Shown here one piece after another: positions 27,781 to 36,116 of a stretch of DNA of 64,000 bases (position 1 is its first letter; the number at the start of each line of letters is the position of its first letter). The notes beneath the pieces were generated by a model. The model saw only the letters and a program-made list of their open reading frames with translations. It had not been told where the DNA came from and ran no database searches. Origin of the DNA: Escherichia phage fDHCT2; the sequence record OR427838.1; one strand, 5' to 3'. The translations under genes and the position numbers were made by a program.

Positions 27781-27794
27781 AATATTTTCCTCAC

Positions 27795-28007
27795 TTACTT
27801 TTTATTGAAAAAGTACATTTTACCTTTAGGAGATAAGGATACACGAAGGGCGTTACCAATACCAACTGAACATTTAACCAGGTCAGCAGATTTCAATTCA
27901 CCAAATGCTTGACGAAGGTCTCCATCACGAGTGTTAACCATCAGGCATTTAGCACCAGCTGCACGAACTTCGTTTAACATGTTGATTGCTTGGTTAGAAA
28001 GTTTCAT
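27795..28007 (-). CDS. hypothetical protein (~70 aa)
   Basis: start at MKLSNQ preceded by ggag SD and early promoter. Confidence 0.45.
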   Translation of the reverse strand: MKLSNQAINMLNEVRAAGAKCLMVNTRDGDLRQAFGELKSADLVKCSVGIGNALRVSLSPKGKMYFFNKK

Positions 28008-28044
28008 TTTATTCTCCATTTCACTCTGTTGTTTTGATAGGTCT

Positions 28045-28072
28045 ATAGTATCACACCTATAGACCTTGTACA
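28045..28072 (-). promoter_or_regulatory. T4-type early sigma70 promoter (variant -35 GTGTAC)
   Basis: GTGTAC-17nt-TACTAT; palindrome aggtctatag/ctatagacct overlaps -10. Confidence 0.45.
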
Positions 28073-28085
28073 CTGTTTTGTGCAA

Positions 28086-29045
28086 TTATTTTTCGAAAGG
28101 ACGAATTAAATGATGGTTATCTTGGAAACGCTTGATGTAGTCGTTTTCACCTAAAGTCTTATACATATTCACTACAGCTTGGTAGTTTTCCCAGGCGTAC
28201 TCGCGGAACCAACCTGAAGTGATTGAGGTACACACTTTCTCAAGAGCCATATAAAAACTTAATGATGGTGAAATATTGAAGTCATTAGGAACCTGTGAAC
28301 GTTCTAGTGCCAGGACACAAGTTTCTTCATATACACCAGCCAGTTTAATAGCTTCAGGCAAAGCCTCGAACTTCTCACGAGAGGTCATGACTTCAGAACC
28401 TTCCTTCATATAAAAGGTATATGCAGGGCGTCCAGCCAATGCTACTGCTTCATGAATAGAGTCATGGTCCAGCGTATAAATGGTATCATTAAAGAACGAT
28501 GATTTGTTTACGTCCAATTTAGGGTGAGAATAGCTCAACGTTTCTTTTTGACGTTGCAACATAATTTCCCGGAGTTCTTCGTTCAGGGTGATACCTTTAT
28601 TACGAAGGTATTTGATGTGGGACATAGTTTTCAAGAAGAACGGATTATTCTTCAGGAAACGATGAGAGGTTTTGATAGCCAGACAGATATCAGGGGTTGC
28701 CCAATAGAAACCAGTAAGACGGTCCTTTTTAATATGATTTTCAGCATATTTCAGGAGACGATAACTTGAAGTGAAATCTTCGTCTTGAAGCTCGCCAGTA
28801 ATTTCTCGTACGTTAGTCAGAGCACGGACAATATAAGCTTCAAAATAGGTTTCTTTACCATTGTACATACATTTAAAGGCCTGGACATCAGGGTTATCCA
28901 CAGGAACATGAGCGCCGAACATCCGGGCTTTAAAGTGATTCCATGAGCCTTGGTCGGCAATGAAATCCCAATCAGAATTTTCGATATGCTTACTTTCAAT
29001 CAGACCAGCGTGGTGCAGTGCACGAGAACCAATAACTAGCATCAT
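28086..29045 (-). CDS. hypothetical protein (319 aa)
   Basis: long ORF; no motif I recognise. Confidence 0.5.
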   Translation of the reverse strand: MMLVIGSRALHHAGLIESKHIENSDWDFIADQGSWNHFKARMFGAHVPVDNPDVQAFKCMYNGKETYFEAYIVRALTNVREITGELQDEDFTSSYRLLKYAENHIKKDRLTGFYWATPDICLAIKTSHRFLKNNPFFLKTMSHIKYLRNKGITLNEELREIMLQRQKETLSYSHPKLDVNKSSFFNDTIYTLDHDSIHEAVALAGRPAYTFYMKEGSEVMTSREKFEALPEAIKLAGVYEETCVLALERSQVPNDFNISPSLSFYMALEKVCTSITSGWFREYAWENYQAVVNMYKTLGENDYIKRFQDNHHLIRPFEK

Positions 29046-29058
29046 AATATTTTCCTCA

Positions 29059-29226
29059 TTAATAAAGACGAGTTACTTCATATTTACCCAGTTCAGATTT
29101 TTTTGCTTCAATACGCGTTGCGGCTAGATTAGCAGCCTCTAGTGAAGAAAATTGGACCACTTGGGAAGTATTCTGCCTTACGCCACCTTGTGGGTGAGTA
29201 ACAAAAACAATAAGAACATTATACAT
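29059..29226 (-). CDS. small hypothetical protein (~55 aa)
   Basis: gaggaaa SD + ATG; below track cutoff. Confidence 0.3.
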   Translation of the reverse strand: MYNVLIVFVTHPQGGVRQNTSQVVQFSSLEAANLAATRIEAKKSELGKYEVTRLY

Positions 29227-29247
29227 AATATTTTCCTCAGAGTAAAC

Positions 29248-29487
29248 TTAAATTTCAGCAACGTAATCGTTATGCAATTCCCACATATCATCAGAATTAT
29301 TCTTAATGATAGGAATTATCTCATTAGAGATTTCTTCTGCATAAGGGTCATTGATACAGTGGGCATCTTCAAAACGAACACCGTAATCAGACTTCTTATA
29401 GGCAAAGCCATAAATCTTTTTAAACTTGGCACGACTAATTCGTACCGGCTCATCAGACTTATCAGACAATGGAGAGTAATACCACAT
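29248..29487 (-). CDS. hypothetical protein
   Basis: 79-aa ORF. Confidence 0.45.
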   Translation of the reverse strand: MWYYSPLSDKSDEPVRISRAKFKKIYGFAYKKSDYGVRFEDAHCINDPYAEEISNEIIPIIKNNSDDMWELHNDYVAEI

Positions 29488-29530
29488 ATGTTCTCCTCAT
29501 GTTTGTGTAGGGTAATAGTAACACAAGTTT

Positions 29531-29881
29531 TTAGAGTTGTACATCACTTCTGCAATATTCTAAAAATAATTTATCGTTGTCTACGGTATCCCAACGACGC
29601 CAAGATGGGTTCCAGACCAAAGCGTTGTCACCACAATCATTGAGCTTAAAATGGTCGTAGTACATAGCTATGCGTCTAGTCTCGTCACCGGAGAACCCTA
29701 GTATAGGCTCGCCGTGGGTATGATACATATGATGGTGCATTGAGAGGTCACATTTATAAAACATCTCACGTTTACCACGGACGAACAAGAAAGCTTGCCC
29801 ATTCATATAGAATTCTTTATCCGTTTTCAAAAGATATTTGAATACCGAATCTTTGTGCATAAGTCCTCCTACCACATCCAT
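29531..29881 (-). CDS. hypothetical protein
   Basis: 116-aa ORF. Confidence 0.45.
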   Translation of the reverse strand: MDVVGGLMHKDSVFKYLLKTDKEFYMNGQAFLFVRGKREMFYKCDLSMHHHMYHTHGEPILGFSGDETRRIAMYYDHFKLNDCGDNALVWNPSWRRWDTVDNDKLFLEYCRSDVQL

Positions 29882-29890
29882 GTGATTAAA

Positions 29891-30118
29891 TTATTTTCCT
29901 AACGAAATACGGGTAGGTTTTTTACCAAAATAGTCTTCATAAGAACCATCTAAACGACCTGCTTTAGACCGACAATATGAATCGTACTTTTTGTAATAAG
30001 TCATCTCAGTATTATAACGCGGGTGTCTATCAGCCATAATAATACTTAATGGCCAACCTTTGGCATAATCGCGAAGACTGTTTATTTTACGAATGTATCT
30101 TTTCTTTAATTTTAGCAT
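29891..30118 (-). CDS. hypothetical basic protein
   Basis: 75-aa ORF. Confidence 0.45.
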   Translation of the reverse strand: MLKLKKRYIRKINSLRDYAKGWPLSIIMADRHPRYNTEMTYYKKYDSYCRSKAGRLDGSYEDYFGKKPTRISLGK

Positions 30119-30336
30119 GAGCTCGGATACCAGATTTTACCATCAGAACGAGCAACGAAGGTTCTGCCGGCTTCTTCGCCGTAACAAGAGCTATTCAGCC
30201 AATCTTCAAGACGAACTTCACCATCATAATCATCAAGCTCAACACCAAAATCTTGTGCAGAAGCCATATCTTTTACTTTCTTATACAGCGCAGCCAGTTC
30301 AAGAGCAGCTTTTTCTAATTCATTAATATCAGACAT
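30112..30336 (-). CDS. paralog family member 1 (C-terminal W-x-SS-C)
   Basis: 74 aa ending KIWYPSSC. Confidence 0.55.
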   Translation of the reverse strand: MSDINELEKAALELAALYKKVKDMASAQDFGVELDDYDGEVRLEDWLNSSCYGEEAGRTFVARSDGKIWYPSSC

Positions 30337-30345
30337 TTTATTTCC

Positions 30346-30576
30346 TTAGCAAGACATAGAGGAGTTAAACCAGAAACCCTGGCCATCATTGATACCGTAA
30401 TCACTGCGAATCCAGTCATATTCTTCGTATTCTTCGCTAGAAGCCGGAATATAACGCTGGAAACGGTCTGCGGCGTGTAAATTAAAAATTTCGCCGGTTT
30501 TATCGGCCAGCTGCTCACCTTCACAGATTAGTGCACGGATTTGGTCTTCGATTTCTTTAACAGTTTTAGAAGTCAT
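30346..30576 (-). CDS. paralog family member 2 (C-terminal F-W-F-N-SS-M-S-C)
   Basis: 76 aa ending GFWFNSSMSC. Confidence 0.55.
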   Translation of the reverse strand: MTSKTVKEIEDQIRALICEGEQLADKTGEIFNLHAADRFQRYIPASSEEYEEYDWIRSDYGINDGQGFWFNSSMSC

Positions 30577-30585
30577 TTTATTACC

Positions 30586-30783
30586 TTAGCATTCGTAAGA
30601 GGAGGACACCCAAGAGGTACCACTAATTGTAATACAACCATTATAAAGCGTGATATGACGTTCCAGGTCACGAACACCGTCGATATAGATATCAGCTTCT
30701 TCGCGTTCTTCTTTACAAATCTGGATAACGTTTTCAATAGCTGCGGCTGCAGTACGGATTGCACAATCTAGTTCACGAGACAT
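30586..30783 (-). CDS. paralog family member 3
   Basis: 65 aa ending SWVSSSYEC. Confidence 0.55.
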   Translation of the reverse strand: MSRELDCAIRTAAAAIENVIQICKEEREEADIYIDGVRDLERHITLYNGCITISGTSWVSSSYEC

Positions 30784-30792
30784 AATAATTCC

Positions 30793-31074
30793 TTAACATT
30801 CAGAAGAAGAGGATACCCATCCACCATTTTCTAGGCTGGTAGTGTAATCATGTTGGTTTACAATAGCGTACTGAGCTTCACCGTATTCTTCCCAGTGGGC
30901 CAGGTCAGCTTTCAAGGCGCCAGGAGAATAATAGTCACCGCCCATACCGCGAGCAGGGTATATATTAAAATGAGTCTCATATTTGTTGGCAATTTCCTCG
31001 GCACGACGAATAGCTTTATGGATATCATTTACTGCAGCAGCCAGCTCTTTATTTTTACGGTAATCATTCATCAT
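30793..31074 (-). CDS. paralog family member 4
   Basis: 93 aa ending GWVSSSSEC. Confidence 0.55.
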   Translation of the reverse strand: MMNDYRKNKELAAAVNDIHKAIRRAEEIANKYETHFNIYPARGMGGDYYSPGALKADLAHWEEYGEAQYAIVNQHDYTTSLENGGWVSSSSEC

Positions 31075-31083
31075 AGCGTTTCC

Positions 31084-31374
31084 TTAGCACATTGCCGAAG
31101 AGGAGACCCAAGCACCAACTGTAACGACGCCATTTTCAACTTCACCACCATTGTTTTCAATTTCATCTTTAAACCACTGGGAGCATTCATAACCAACAGG
31201 GTAGTATGTACGTCCTGAGCCATAATCACCTGTTCCGAATTGAATACCGTACTTATCGGCAATAGCTTCACATTTGGATTCGATGGTATCCACTTTATTC
31301 AGAAGAGCATAGATAGCCTTTTCTGCAGATTTCTCGTCATTGTATTCAGGGATTTCAATTTCAATTTTATTCAT
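31084..31374 (-). CDS. paralog family member 5
   Basis: 96 aa ending AWVSSSAMC. Confidence 0.55.
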   Translation of the reverse strand: MNKIEIEIPEYNDEKSAEKAIYALLNKVDTIESKCEAIADKYGIQFGTGDYGSGRTYYPVGYECSQWFKDEIENNGGEVENGVVTVGAWVSSSAMC

Positions 31375-31757
31375 GATTTACATTCCTTAATAAAGGTTTC
31401 AAGGTCATTACGTTTGGTTTGTTTTACATACTCATTATAATTAGCCATCTCTAAAGCATATCTCTTTTTACGTGGCTTGTTTATCCTATTGGTGTTGATA
31501 ATATCCAAGACCAGAGGGATAAAGTATCCTATTAAAGCTGGAACCCAAATCCAGGCAAGGTTCAATTCAAATAGGTTTTGTGTCGTATCATTAACGACTC
31601 CACCAGCAATTAGTCCAACAAATCCGGCAATCGTACCAGTGACAAGTCCAGCGAATAAAGAAATAGCGATATCATAATCTGCTAATGCGTAACCAGGGTC
31701 GGTTTTACTAGGCTTATACATTTTGGACCTCTTTGGCGTATTCGCGGCATTCAGCAA
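31371..31757 (-). CDS. membrane protein
   Basis: 128 aa with two Gly-rich TM helices. Confidence 0.5.
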   Translation of the reverse strand: MLNAANTPKRSKMYKPSKTDPGYALADYDIAISLFAGLVTGTIAGFVGLIAGGVVNDTTQNLFELNLAWIWVPALIGYFIPLVLDIINTNRINKPRKKRYALEMANYNEYVKQTKRNDLETFIKECKS

Positions 31758-32250
31758 TAAAACGATTAAGCTTACGTTGTTGTTTACGACTTTCTAATGT
31801 GTATTCGTTGGCTAAAATAATAAGCTCATCTTTATCGTAGTTTTTGATATCCGAATAACTCGGACGGCGGTCGACCATTCCAAATACATCACCATTTTCT
31901 AAAGCTACATAGCATACTAAATGGTAATCATCGTCTGCCATATTAAGAAGCACACAATCAGCGCTCTCGTTTAAAGAATATACTGAATAACGTAGTCCGG
32001 CGAATTCCACTCGTTGAATAGCCAGATTTACGTCAATAATTTCCAAAGCATCTTCAAAAGAAAGGTCTTCAGCTAAAGCAAAAATAAAAGGTAATTTGGT
32101 AGTATCGCCACGGCTAGATGTTCTGCTTAAGAAATCGTTTGAATAGCCTAGGTCTTGGCGAATTCTATAAAGAACTGAATTGGTTTCATGGGAAAGACCA
32201 CTATTTTTAAACCAATCAATATTTGATATAAGGTTATCATATAAACTCAT
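31714..32250 (-). CDS. hypothetical protein (178 aa)
   Basis: ORF with ggagga SD. Confidence 0.5.
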   Translation of the reverse strand: MSLYDNLISNIDWFKNSGLSHETNSVLYRIRQDLGYSNDFLSRTSSRGDTTKLPFIFALAEDLSFEDALEIIDVNLAIQRVEFAGLRYSVYSLNESADCVLLNMADDDYHLVCYVALENGDVFGMVDRRPSYSDIKNYDKDELIILANEYTLESRKQQRKLNRFIAECREYAKEVQNV

Positions 32251-32298
32251 AATATTCTCCTCTCCTCCAAATAGGGAGACCGAAGTCTCCCGGTAATA

Positions 32299-32892
32299 TT
32301 ACTTAAGTGAATTAATGTAGTCTTCGATATCAGCAGAAGTCGTATCCATTCCAACTTGTGGGCCTTTAAACGTTTCTACACGCATCAGAGTATCTTCAAT
32401 ATCAATCTTAGTCAGTGCAGCGATTTCAACAACGTCATCGGCAGTAGCAATACCCAGGGCAGCCATATTACGAGTTTCACGAATGTACTCAAGCTTAACC
32501 GCTAGTTCCTGGCGAGAGTCATCAAGTTCCTTGACCTTAAGCTTAATTTCATTACGCATTTCAACATAATCATCGGCTTTCTTACGAAGTTGAGTAGCCG
32601 TACGACGATAAAGGAGGCCAAGTTTAGCATGCACCTGAACATCAGCACCTTCTTTAATCAGTTTACGAATTTCACGTTCTTTAGAACTAGCCAGTTGGTC
32701 CTTTTCGTTAGCGAGTTCACGAATACGTTTTTCTTCATTCACGGACTTAACATGAGCAGTCTGGAGTTCAGTGATTTTATCAATCAGAGTAGAAGCCGCT
32801 TTGGTGTATTGGTCTTCGATTGACAGGTTCTGAGACATTGCTGTACCCAGTTTAGAACGGATGAATTCAACGATTTTCTTTAAAGTGTTCAT
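32299..32892 (-). CDS. coiled-coil protein (197 aa)
   Basis: long helical heptad-rich ORF. Confidence 0.5.
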   Translation of the reverse strand: MNTLKKIVEFIRSKLGTAMSQNLSIEDQYTKAASTLIDKITELQTAHVKSVNEEKRIRELANEKDQLASSKEREIRKLIKEGADVQVHAKLGLLYRRTATQLRKKADDYVEMRNEIKLKVKELDDSRQELAVKLEYIRETRNMAALGIATADDVVEIAALTKIDIEDTLMRVETFKGPQVGMDTTSADIEDYINSLK

Positions 32893-32935
32893 AGTATTTC
32901 CTTCAGTTGGTTAACGTTTTGTAATCCATGAGGAC

Positions 32936-32965
32936 ATTATACCCTGTCCTCTGAGGGATGTAAAC
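32936..32965 (-). promoter_or_regulatory. T4-type early sigma70 promoter
   Basis: GTTTAC-17nt-TATAAT; gaggac/gtcctc inverted repeat flanks -10. Confidence 0.55.
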
Positions 32966-32967
32966 AT

Positions 32968-33366
32968 TTATTTCATTTTTGCGAGGCAAATTTCATTGGC
33001 TTCCCATTGAGCTTGCTTAATAATAGCTTTGGATACAGGAGCCCTTTGGCCATAAGTTTTTGACGTTGAGAGAACAATACATTTGTTTGCTTCATTATGC
33101 CAGCCCCATGATTTTTCGCCATGGGTGCCTTTAACTACAGCTGACACCTCAACAGAGCAACCACCATCAGAAATCTTGGTTTCGACAATCCATTCATTTC
33201 TCTCAGCAGCTTCAAGTTCCAATCTAGTTTTTTCTTCATACATCGCGGCCCAATCAGTTTTTGCCAAGTTGAAAGTAAGAGCTTTCTCTAATTCTTTGGC
33301 ATATTTTTGTTGTTCAGGTGTTAATGAATTATACAACTCTTGCATTTCTTTATCTTCGATATTCAT
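32968..33366 (-). CDS. hypothetical protein (132 aa)
   Basis: ORF downstream of early promoter. Confidence 0.5.
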   Translation of the reverse strand: MNIEDKEMQELYNSLTPEQQKYAKELEKALTFNLAKTDWAAMYEEKTRLELEAAERNEWIVETKISDGGCSVEVSAVVKGTHGEKSWGWHNEANKCIVLSTSKTYGQRAPVSKAIIKQAQWEANEICLAKMK

Positions 33367-33391
33367 TATGATCTCCTCAAATTATGGGCTC

Positions 33392-33421
33392 ATAATATCT
33401 TAATCATGGGCCCATGTAAAC
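33392..33421 (-). promoter_or_regulatory. T4-type early sigma70 promoter
   Basis: GTTTAC-18nt-TATTAT; atgggc/gcccat inverted repeat flanks -10. Confidence 0.5.
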
Positions 33422-33424
33422 GTT

Positions 33425-33688
33425 TTATTTCATATTATTGAAATAATCTTCCGCATCAAAATCGTTATCATGATAAACTTTGGTAGACAATTTAACATAA
33501 CCTTCGGCGGCGAACATATTAACCACAACCTTTACAGTATACCATTGTCCATCATCATTACCCATTACTGCATAGGTTTCAAATATGGGATGGTCATCAC
33601 CGATAACTTTAATATCGTTAACTGTAGCACCAAATTCTTCAGGAACGCATTTCATAAAGAAATTAAACAATTCACCATAATTATCCAT
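33425..33688 (-). CDS. hypothetical protein (~87 aa)
   Basis: start at MDNYGELF downstream of early promoter. Confidence 0.5.
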   Translation of the reverse strand: MDNYGELFNFFMKCVPEEFGATVNDIKVIGDDHPIFETYAVMGNDDGQWYTVKVVVNMFAAEGYVKLSTKVYHDNDFDAEDYFNNMK

Positions 33689-33722
33689 TTTACTCTCCTT
33701 CACACTGTTGTTTTGATAGGTC

Positions 33723-33751
33723 TATAGTATCATGTTCTACGAAAGAGTAAA
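33723..33751 (-). promoter_or_regulatory. T4-type early sigma70 promoter
   Basis: GTTTAC-17nt-TACTAT with TGa. Confidence 0.55.
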
Positions 33752-33774
33752 CATCTTTTTTAAACTTTTTAGAA

Positions 33775-33803
33775 ACAAAAAAGGCCCAACCTTTCGGAAG
33801 GGC
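33775..33803 (-). terminator. rho-independent terminator (5-bp stem, 12-nt loop)
   Basis: minus-strand ggccc-ttccgaaaggtt-gggcc + TTTTTT. Confidence 0.45.
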
Positions 33804-33895
33804 CTAGAATCAGTTCTTGTAGAACCGGAATGGGTTTATGTGGAAGGCTAACATAGCTTTTATTTTAAAAGTTTCATATATTTCTCTAAGTTAAC

Positions 33896-33916
33896 CAAAA
33901 AAGCCCCAGACGGGGC
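33896..33916 (-). terminator. rho-independent terminator
   Basis: minus-strand gcccc-gtct-ggggc + TTTTTT immediately after the upstream CDS stop. Confidence 0.65.
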
Positions 33917-33921
33917 TTTCG

Positions 33922-34386
33922 TTATTTGATTTGTTTAGCAGACCAGATACGGTCTTTGATGATTTTCTGAATATCTTCAACATACTCTAAGTCGTGAGCA
34001 TGCGGATTATCTTTGAAGCTATGTGCTCGTGCCAGTTTCTGGCCTTCTGTTTTGATTACTAAAAGCTCTTTAAGAATTGCTTCATACTTAGAAATGATTC
34101 CTTTAGCGATATTTTTTTCTTGAGCGGCTTTAGGGTCCGCTTTTGACGCAGGTGCTTTACCTGTAGCTTTCTGGAACAATTCACCTGATGCAGCTAGGCT
34201 TTTAAAAACTCGGCTAACAGTATTAGCATTAGTAAAACCTTCGGCTTTAAAATCTTTAATAAAACGGAAACGTTCTTCATCAGAGGCGTCTTTGTAAGAA
34301 TATTTACCTGCTTGAATTGCTGCAATCGCGGCGGCTTTTACATCTGAACTAGATTGTTCGGTCAAAAATTCATTGTAAGTTTTCAT
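33922..34386 (-). CDS. internal-protein-like protein with capsid targeting sequence (154 aa)
   Basis: N-terminus MKTYNEFLTEQ (CTS-like); Lys/Ala-rich. Confidence 0.55.
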   Translation of the reverse strand: MKTYNEFLTEQSSSDVKAAAIAAIQAGKYSYKDASDEERFRFIKDFKAEGFTNANTVSRVFKSLAASGELFQKATGKAPASKADPKAAQEKNIAKGIISKYEAILKELLVIKTEGQKLARAHSFKDNPHAHDLEYVEDIQKIIKDRIWSAKQIK

Positions 34387-34427
34387 TATTATTTCCTAAG
34401 TTAATTAACTTATCTATTTATTATGCC

Positions 34428-34454
34428 AAAAAGCCCCAACCTTTCGGAAGGGGC
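34428..34454 (-). terminator. rho-independent terminator after the tRNA/stable-RNA cluster
   Basis: minus-strand gcccc-ttccgaaaggtt-ggggc + TTTTT. Confidence 0.5.
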
Positions 34455-34469
34455 TATGCCTTGCGGTAA

Positions 34470-34560
34470 CCTTGTCGGGGTTCCACCTGCTAGGCAAGTG
34501 TTTGTACGAAACGCCAGGATTCGAACCCGGTTATTAAGCAGTTGACGCTACTCAATATTT
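34470..34560 (-). ncRNA. tRNA-like / stable-RNA candidate (no clean cloverleaf)
   Basis: minus-strand T-arm-like ccgggTTCGAATcctgg with pairable acceptor-like ends cggaacg/cgtttcg, but no convincing D or anticodon arm. Confidence 0.25.
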
Positions 34561-34836
34561 TTAAAAGGCCATATCTCGACCATATCCGAACGTTCCGTCA
34601 AAAACGCTACTCGGCTTACGGCAAAGATATTTCCTCGAATCGATAATTAGGTGCGCCGTTTCTGCTGTGATGTAAGGGGACATTAACAGATCGTAAAGAT
34701 TTGTTAATGCCAGTCCTTACTCAGGGAACATCAGTCCGACGACTTACCGGTAGCGACCCGGTTTCTTGTTTGTTGCGCCGGTGAATGCTGGTAATCAGTC
34801 TTCATACGACGGCTTGACTATATAATAGTCTTCATT

Positions 34837-34911
34837 TGGTATCCCGCCCTGGGATCGAACCAGGACCGCAAACTTAGAAGGATCGTATGCTATCCATTAC
34901 ACCAGCGGGAC
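34837..34911 (-). tRNA. tRNA-Arg (anticodon UCU)
   Basis: hand-folded cloverleaf: acceptor gtcccgc/gcgggat, anticodon loop cuUCUaa, T-arm cctgg-TTCGATC-ccagg, encoded CCA. Confidence 0.7.
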
Positions 34912-34916
34912 ATAGT

Positions 34917-34993
34917 TGGTGACCCGGACCAGATTTGAACTGGTAACCTTTCCCTTATGAGGGGACTGCTGCTAACCATTGAGCTACAGGGCC
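34917..34993 (-). tRNA. tRNA with CAU anticodon (Ile2-lysidine type or Met)
   Basis: resembles E. coli tRNA-Ile2: anticodon loop cuCAUaa, T-arm accag-TTCAAAT-ctggt, encoded CCA; acceptor stem has one mismatch. Confidence 0.6.
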
Positions 34994-34998
34994 TTAAT

Positions 34999-35265
34999 TT
35001 AAATTACAAATCCAGCAGGGGCATTATCATCTTTAGCCATGTGCTGAATTGTATGATAAGTCATTTCTTCAGGAGCAACCAGATAAGCCGCAACGTTAAC
35101 TAGTGGAATTATTTTTGGTTTAGCGAACGTGCTATCAGAAATTGCCATAAAGGGCTCGCCGTCGGTCTCAACTTCGCCAAATTGGCACTCGTAAGAAATA
35201 GAACAACGTTTGGTGGTGGTTGTCTTGGTTTTAGGGTCATAAAAAGCTAATTTTAATACTAACAT
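34999..35265 (-). CDS. hypothetical protein
   Basis: 88-aa ORF just upstream of the tRNAs. Confidence 0.45.
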   Translation of the reverse strand: MLVLKLAFYDPKTKTTTTKRCSISYECQFGEVETDGEPFMAISDSTFAKPKIIPLVNVAAYLVAPEEMTYHTIQHMAKDDNAPAGFVI

Positions 35266-35443
35266 AATACCTCAAATAAAATTAAGTAAAGTAAGTTTGA
35301 TTAATAGACCTTGTCTATTATGAAAGGCTCTTTGAGGGAAGAACCTTTGGTAATAGAGGGTTACTTAATAATGTTAGAGTAATAATATCACATTACTCTT
35401 AAAGCATATTACTATTTTTAGGAATAGTCTGGTCAAATTTGAT

Positions 35444-35734
35444 TCATTGTGGCCACATATTAATGTAATCAAGTTTAATAGAAGCAATCTTCAAAGGATT
35501 TTTAAAGATGTCGTATTCGACCAATCCATTTTCAGTTGCAGTATAAAAAGTAAAATTAACAGAATTATAACGATGACTGTTAACTTTGAGTTTAACGTCG
35601 CTTGAACTACGGCCAATATTAACCTGTTGAACATCAAGCACGGCATCTTTGCCAAAGTTGCGAATCAGTAGCTCTGCTGCAACCTGGTCCGAATTATAGC
35701 CATTCTCTGGATTAGTAACTTTAACGTATAGCAT
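35444..35734 (-). CDS. hypothetical protein
   Basis: 96-aa ORF. Confidence 0.45.
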   Translation of the reverse strand: MLYVKVTNPENGYNSDQVAAELLIRNFGKDAVLDVQQVNIGRSSSDVKLKVNSHRYNSVNFTFYTATENGLVEYDIFKNPLKIASIKLDYINMWPQ

Positions 35735-36115
35735 TTAACCCTCGTCTACAATAGTGTGGGTATTGGCATTAACAATCTGCCACCAGTCAAAACGATTGGA
35801 ACCATAACAAGGCTTATTCTCGTTTTCTTTAATGATATCGCGCAGTTCATCTTCAGTCGCTGCCTTTGCGATTAAGTCAGCATAACCGCCACGAGGATAA
35901 TAGTTATCACCGGCAAAGAGCAAAAAGTTTGTTTTGATATTCTTGAATTCTTCAAGAGTAATAACTGTTCCGCCAGGTTGAACAATATCTATATAACTAT
36001 ATCCTAATTTCTGTGCTTCATTTACCGCTTCGAGCAGGGTGTCGTGTGCCCACCCAATTTGGCAATCTGGTTTTTCAGATGGATTTGCTTGATAATCCGC
36101 ATACACTTTATACAT
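35735..36115 (-). CDS. hypothetical protein (~126 aa)
   Basis: start at MYKVYADYQ. Confidence 0.45.
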   Translation of the reverse strand: MYKVYADYQANPSEKPDCQIGWAHDTLLEAVNEAQKLGYSYIDIVQPGGTVITLEEFKNIKTNFLLFAGDNYYPRGGYADLIAKAATEDELRDIIKENENKPCYGSNRFDWWQIVNANTHTIVDEG

Positions 36116-36116
36116 T

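Noticed and set aside
30112-31374. CRISPR-like or non-coding tandem repeat interpretation of the five-unit array
   Set aside because: Units are 200-290 nt with intact ORFs, SDs and protein-level conservation only at the ends; no short direct repeats with unique spacers.
34386-34428. Late promoter upstream of the 154-aa CTS gene
   Set aside because: The sequence cataataaatag is close to TATAAATA but not exact; T4-type late promoters are very intolerant of changes in this box.
34560-34836. Additional tRNA genes between tRNA-Arg and the terminator
   Set aside because: No segment folds into a cloverleaf with matched acceptor, D, anticodon and T arms; only a T-arm-like element further downstream, reported as a low-confidence ncRNA candidate.
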